Translations under genes and position numbers: made by a program
The notes under the pieces: model-generated
The model's database searches: none
Told to the model about the DNA's origin: nothing
Seen by the model: only the letters and a program-made list of their open reading frames with translations
Virus record (IMG/VR): IMGVR_UViG_3300027974_000021
Reading direction: 5' to 3' (one strand)
From: a virus
Length of the DNA: 64,000 nt
Shown: positions 59,524-64,000 of the stretch, piece after piece
Layout of the letters: every line of letters starts with the position of its first letter
Numbering within the stretch: position 1 is the stretch's first letter

Positions 59524-59746
59524 TTCTTTCGCAAGATGGACTGCAGCAATTGCAGGCATTTTTGCAGCACTTTGCACTGGAAGTGCAGTGTTATCTTTTC
59601 AAGTTTGGGGATGGGTACTCGCTTTTATATCTTCTAGTTGTTGGTTCTATGCAGCAAGTGTAGATTCAGATAAACCACGTATTTTAATGAACTGTTTCTA
59701 TGTAATTTGGTCTTTAATTGCTATAATTAATTGGATTCGTTTTTAA
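59477..59746 (+). CDS. Small multi-pass membrane protein
   Basis: Three hydrophobic segments. Confidence 0.5.
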   Translation: MLIIKKIKLLKKTKFDSFARWTAAIAGIFAALCTGSAVLSFQVWGWVLAFISSSCWFYAASVDSDKPRILMNCFYVIWSLIAIINWIRF

Positions 59747-59759
59747 CCTAAATAATGGT

Positions 59760-60248
59760 ATGGCATATATTACTTTTAGAGGGGGAACAAAAGAACAGAA
59801 AAAACTAGCTAAATCATTAGCTGAGTTTTGTCTTAAAAAACTCATTTCATCTCGTCTAAGTAATACATTAGATATTCGTATAGTATTTAAACCAACACTC
59901 TACACAAAAACAGAGTCGTATGGTGAAACTACCTATTATGAAGATTCAAATATACCACCAAAAGACTTCCTTGTAGAAATAGATTCAAAATTAAAAATGA
60001 GAAGTATGCTTGAAACAATTGCTCACGAGTTGGTTCATGTAAAACAATGGGCTACTGGTGAGATGAGAGAAACTAAAGATAATTTTATTACTAAATTTAA
60101 AAAAGACACCATTAATTCAAACAAAGTAAATTATTGGGATCAACCATGGGAAATAGAAGCGATGGGTAGAGAAGAAGGATTGTTTATTCAATGGGTTGAA
60201 GAAATGAATTTGTCTGAACAAACTTGGACTAAACGAAAGTATTTCTAA
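59760..60248 (+). CDS. HExxH metallopeptidase-like protein
   Basis: AHELVHVKQ, QPWEIEA; CCTAAATA at 59747-59754. Confidence 0.7.
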   Translation: MAYITFRGGTKEQKKLAKSLAEFCLKKLISSRLSNTLDIRIVFKPTLYTKTESYGETTYYEDSNIPPKDFLVEIDSKLKMRSMLETIAHELVHVKQWATGEMRETKDNFITKFKKDTINSNKVNYWDQPWEIEAMGREEGLFIQWVEEMNLSEQTWTKRKYF

Positions 60249-61351
60249 TGGCTGCAAATCCATCTGAATTTATTGCAAACCTTTTTAACGTTAAATCGAT
60301 AATTGAAATAATTAAAGAGTCTCCAGCAAAAGTAATTTTTAATAAAAATGATATAGTAATTTATACAGCAGATAAATCTACAAGAAGCAATGCTTTTGAT
60401 AACTTTAGAAAAGCTGCAGATAAAATTAAATCAAATTCTAAATCTAAATTTAAAAATTATCATATAAAACCCTCTTCTAAATCTTCACTTGGCGTATTTC
60501 AATTCTTTTTAGATTCAGCCAAATTACAGAAAGCATCAGGTGATATTTACTTTAAACCTATTATAACAAAAGGTTCAGGTGGTAAAGTTTTTGAAAATGA
60601 ATTAGAAAAAGATTTAAATGCTTACTTTAAAGGAGAGCCAGTAAAAAATTTAAAACATGCAGATACAATTCAATCTTTATTCTCAAATAAAACATTTCTT
60701 AGTATATATAAAATAACACCAAAAAATTTAAATGCATTTGAAGCGAAAGCAGTAGGAAATAGAAATTCAAAAAGACCAGCAAGTTTTTCAAATGGTCAAA
60801 TATCTCTTGGGAATAACACAGGAGAAGCTGTAAGTGATATTGATATTATTGGTCCGAATAAATCTATATATTGTTCTCTTAAATTTTCATCATCTTATTA
60901 CATCTATAATGGAAGTATGAAAGAAATATTTGAAGTCACTCCTAGAGTGAGAGATGAAGCATATAAGTTCTTTGGTTTAGATGGAATCGGAATGGCTGGA
61001 TTTGGCGAGATATTTCGTTCAAATGTAGTTTCTCCCAAAAGTCTACAAGTAGTTAGGAAAAATTTAGCAAAAACTATTCAATTATCTCTTGGGCAAGAAG
61101 TGACACTAATTAATAAATTCGGTCCAGGAAAAAATGATATTGATGTAATTTTTAAAGGATATACGTCTGATGTTTTAATTTCAGCAGATCCAGTTTACAA
61201 ATATCCTGAATCTGGAAAACGTAAATATGCAGCAATAGAATTTCCAGCAACTATCAATAACGACAAATATGCTGTTGGAATGCAATTTAGAGGAACAACA
61301 GAGGGTGCACTTACACCAAGATATTTAAGAATATTATTAAAAAAAATATGA
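60248..61351 (+). CDS. Hypothetical protein, possible PD-(D/E)xK-like fold
   Basis: G..FE..L and SDIDI......YCSLK segments. Confidence 0.4.
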   Translation: MAANPSEFIANLFNVKSIIEIIKESPAKVIFNKNDIVIYTADKSTRSNAFDNFRKAADKIKSNSKSKFKNYHIKPSSKSSLGVFQFFLDSAKLQKASGDIYFKPIITKGSGGKVFENELEKDLNAYFKGEPVKNLKHADTIQSLFSNKTFLSIYKITPKNLNAFEAKAVGNRNSKRPASFSNGQISLGNNTGEAVSDIDIIGPNKSIYCSLKFSSSYYIYNGSMKEIFEVTPRVRDEAYKFFGLDGIGMAGFGEIFRSNVVSPKSLQVVRKNLAKTIQLSLGQEVTLINKFGPGKNDIDVIFKGYTSDVLISADPVYKYPESGKRKYAAIEFPATINNDKYAVGMQFRGTTEGALTPRYLRILLKKI

Positions 61352-62574
61352 AACAATTTAATGAATACCTTGTAGAATCAGTTAATGCTCATATGGAGCA
61401 TTTAGAAGACTTAGTCTTTAATGAAGGATTATCAGGCACTAAAAAAGCTATTAATTTCCTTTATGATTTAAGAAAAATGCTTCAAGGTAAGTCTACAAGT
61501 AAATTAAAGACCACAGTTAAATGGGATGGTGCTCCTGCTATTTTCGTAGGAATAGATCCTAAAGATAAAAAGTTTTTCGTTTCAACTAAGTCTATTTTTA
61601 ATGCAACACCAAAAGTATATAAATCTGTGAAAGAAATACAACAAGGTGAAGAGAATAAAGATTTAAGTAATAAACTTATTACAGCATTTGAAGAATTTTC
61701 TAAAGTAGTTAAGTCAGGCATTTATCAAGGTGATATAATGTTCACAAAAGATACTTTAAAGAAAACTTCAATTGAAGGTGAAAGTTATATTACATTTCAT
61801 CCAAATACAATTGTATATGCGATACCTGCAAATACAGCATTAGCAAATACTATATCAAAGGCAAATATAGGTGTAGTATTTCATACAACTTATAAAGGAT
61901 CTTTAGGTAAGCTTACAGCTGAGTTTGGACAATCAATTGTAGATAGATTTAAAAAGTCATCAACTATATGGGTGGATGATGCAACTTATAAAGATGTATC
62001 AGGATCTGCTACATTTACTAAAGCTGAATTATCAAATTTAGATGCATTGCTTGAGAGAGTAGAGAAACTTTTTTCTAAAATCAATAATAAAGTTATAACA
62101 GATATTCAAGCTGATAAAGAATTACTTGAACTAATTAAAATATATAATAATTCTAAAATTAAAGAGGGTGAAAAAATAACAAACGTAAAAGCACATGTTG
62201 CTGGTTTATTTCATTTTATACACGATCGTTATCAAGCAGAAATAGATAGTAAGAAAACAGATAAAGCAAAAGATAGATACAAGGCTGAAAGAGAAAAAGT
62301 TTTAAAGTACTTTTCAGCTCATAAACAAGAAGACATTATAGGAGTATTTGATCTTACAAATGCTATTGCCGATGCTAAAAAGATTATTATAGCTAAGATG
62401 AATGAAGCATCAGAAATAGGTACTTTTTTAAGAACAGATAAAGGGTTTGTTCCAACAGGAGTAGAGGGTTTTGTAGCTATTGATAAAGTAGGAAATGCTA
62501 TAAAAATCGTTGATAGACTTGAGTTTTCACGTGCTAATTTTTCACCAGATATATTAAAAGGTTGGCAAAGATAA
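61348..62574 (+). CDS. Conserved T4-like protein with KxDG nucleotidyltransferase (RNA-ligase-like) motif
   Basis: HMEHLED, TVKWDGAPA, YQGD.MF, EGFV, KIVDRLEFS; N-terminal MKQFNEYLVE. Confidence 0.55.
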   Translation: MKQFNEYLVESVNAHMEHLEDLVFNEGLSGTKKAINFLYDLRKMLQGKSTSKLKTTVKWDGAPAIFVGIDPKDKKFFVSTKSIFNATPKVYKSVKEIQQGEENKDLSNKLITAFEEFSKVVKSGIYQGDIMFTKDTLKKTSIEGESYITFHPNTIVYAIPANTALANTISKANIGVVFHTTYKGSLGKLTAEFGQSIVDRFKKSSTIWVDDATYKDVSGSATFTKAELSNLDALLERVEKLFSKINNKVITDIQADKELLELIKIYNNSKIKEGEKITNVKAHVAGLFHFIHDRYQAEIDSKKTDKAKDRYKAEREKVLKYFSAHKQEDIIGVFDLTNAIADAKKIIIAKMNEASEIGTFLRTDKGFVPTGVEGFVAIDKVGNAIKIVDRLEFSRANFSPDILKGWQR

Positions 62575-62624
62575 ACACTAAAACTACTAAATATAGCATA
62601 TAATACGGATGGATAACTTGAAAC

Positions 62625-64000
62625 ATGAAGACAATAAAACAACTATTATCGGAATTACCGAACAAATCTCTTATATTTGCATTCGGTCGCTTTAACCCAC
62701 CAACAGTTGGGCACGAACTTTTGATCTCAAAAGTTGAAGCACTTTCAAAGAAAACATCAATCCCATATCGTATTTACACAACAGCTACTCAAGACAAAAA
62801 GAGTAATCCATTATCTCAAAAAGATAAAATTAAGTATATGGAAAAGTCTTTTCGTAATGCTCATATCTATGCTGCGAAAGGAAACATTATACAATTATTA
62901 CAAAGTTTTGAGAAAGAAGGAATTAAAGAAATTCATTTAGTTGTTGGTAGTGATAGAACAAAAGAATTTGAATCTCTTTTAAACAAGTATAATGAAAGAG
63001 AGTATAACTTTAGTAAAATAGAAATTCATTCAGCAGGAGAAAGAGACCCTGATAGTGATGATGCTGATGGTATGTCAGCAAGTAAGATGAGAAGTGCAGC
63101 ATCTAAAGGAGATTATAAATCTTTTGAAAAAGGTGTCACTAAAAAACTTACAGACATTGATACTAAAAAAATGTATAATGATGTTCGTAAGGGACTGGGT
63201 TTAAAAACAGAATCTTTTGAAATTAATATTTCAAATAATCAAAACGAATTAAGAGAAAAATATTTTAAAGGTGAAATATTTAAAGTAGGAACAACAGTTA
63301 AAGACGATAAAGGAGTGTACGAAATTATGGACAGAGGAACAAACTATATAACAGTTATAAACGAAAATGGAGAGTTAAGCAAGAAATGGCTTGATTCAGT
63401 AAAGGAAGTTATTACAGATATGAATTATAAAAACGAAGCTAAAGACGAACATCAAATTTCTTATAAAGGATTTACAACTTCTAATTTTGAAATTGTTCCT
63501 GAACTAAAACCAATTATTGAATCAGTAATTTCATCTGAAACAGATTCAGTAGCAATTATTAATGCACTCAAATCAATTGATGAATCACTAAAATTTTATA
63601 AACAAAATAAAGATATATTTCAAGTTCCTTTAATGAAAGGGATAGATGCTTTAAATAATATAGATCATGCAGTGTCAGGTATAGTTGCTGATTTAGTTTT
63701 AAAACTTCCAAAAGGTACATTTAAAGAAACATCAATCACTGAAGCATCTGATAATCCATTTAACTTCACATCAGCTGATAAAATTAAAATAGCAAGAATT
63801 ATAGCTGGTGCTTTAGGAATAGATAATCCTGAGAAAATGTCTAGCCCTGAACAATTAATTAATCTAGGATTAAGAAAATTAAGAACAAAAAGAATTACAC
63901 CTGAATTATCTGATGTAGTAAATCAAATGTTAAAAACAGCAGATATGTTAGATGTTAAGTATGATAAAAAATTATTACCACAAGCAATGCAAGAAGCAAC
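62625..64000 (+). CDS. HIGH-type nucleotidyltransferase (cytidylyltransferase-like), runs off window end
   Basis: FGRFNPPTVGH, VVGSDR, GMSASKMR; open to end of window so absent from track; ACTAAATA at 62586-62593. Confidence 0.8.
   Translation, partial: MKTIKQLLSELPNKSLIFAFGRFNPPTVGHELLISKVEALSKKTSIPYRIYTTATQDKKSNPLSQKDKIKYMEKSFRNAHIYAAKGNIIQLLQSFEKEGIKEIHLVVGSDRTKEFESLLNKYNEREYNFSKIEIHSAGERDPDSDDADGMSASKMRSAASKGDYKSFEKGVTKKLTDIDTKKMYNDVRKGLGLKTESFEINISNNQNELREKYFKGEIFKVGTTVKDDKGVYEIMDRGTNYITVINENGELSKKWLDSVKEVITDMNYKNEAKDEHQISYKGFTTSNFEIVPELKPIIESVISSETDSVAIINALKSIDESLKFYKQNKDIFQVPLMKGIDALNNIDHAVSGIVADLVLKLPKGTFKETSITEASDNPFNFTSADKIKIARIIAGALGIDNPEKMSSPEQLINLGLRKLRTKRITPELSDVVNQMLKTADMLDVKYDKKLLPQAMQEA

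Noticed and set aside
62734-62940. 68-aa plus-strand ORF in the track
   Set aside because: Out-of-frame overlap with the nucleotidyltransferase ORF starting at 62625
1-64000. tRNA/rRNA genes, introns, inteins
   Set aside because: No cloverleaf or T-loop motif noticed in the short intergenic gaps; gp17, gp20, gp41, gp43 and uvsW are normal length and uninterrupted (manual inspection only)
1-64000. Stop-codon reassignment
   Set aside because: Core genes are full length in the standard code; TAA, TGA and TAG all serve as stops (e.g. TAG at 23638 and 51068)
14052-64000. Firm host or taxon assignment (e.g. SAR11-type alphaproteobacterium)
   Set aside because: Low GC, def, hsp20, IHF and ROSE hints only suggest a proteobacterial host; cannot be resolved without a search

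Overview
The window is bacteriophage DNA, not cellular: an AT-rich T4-like myovirus. From ~14 kb to the end it has the canonical T4-type modules. These are neck/tail/head (gp13, gp14, gp15, gp17-gp23, gp3), recombination/transcription (uvsY, uvsW, gp55, gp47, gp46) and replication (gp45, gp44, gp62, regA, gp43, uvsX, gp41). Accessory genes include peptide deformylase, a VWA + MoxR/CobS pair, hsp20 and an HNH endonuclease. The first ~10 kb is a cluster of fibre/virion-appendage genes. It differs from the rest in codon usage, late-promoter motif (ATAAATA vs CTAAATA) and k-mer content, which suggests a chimeric junction (assembly or recombination) near 9.94-9.96 kb inside the 2013-aa fibre ORF. 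Main candidates for new biology: (1) a TET/JBP dioxygenase + beta-glucosyltransferase-like + HAD phosphatase cluster right after the helicase, where the dioxygenase (and possibly the GT) carries a polymerase-like sliding-clamp peptide, suggesting replisome-coupled, possibly base-J-like DNA hypermodification; (2) apparent total absence of GTWAC over ~54 kb; (3) a ROSE-type RNA thermometer on the hsp20 operon; (4) four lambda-H'-like IHF sites at promoters; (5) an unannotated ArfA-like peptide; (6) enzymes with T4-type capsid-targeting N-termini. All calls were made by eye, without database searches. Family resemblances are recalled from memory and need HMM or structure confirmation.
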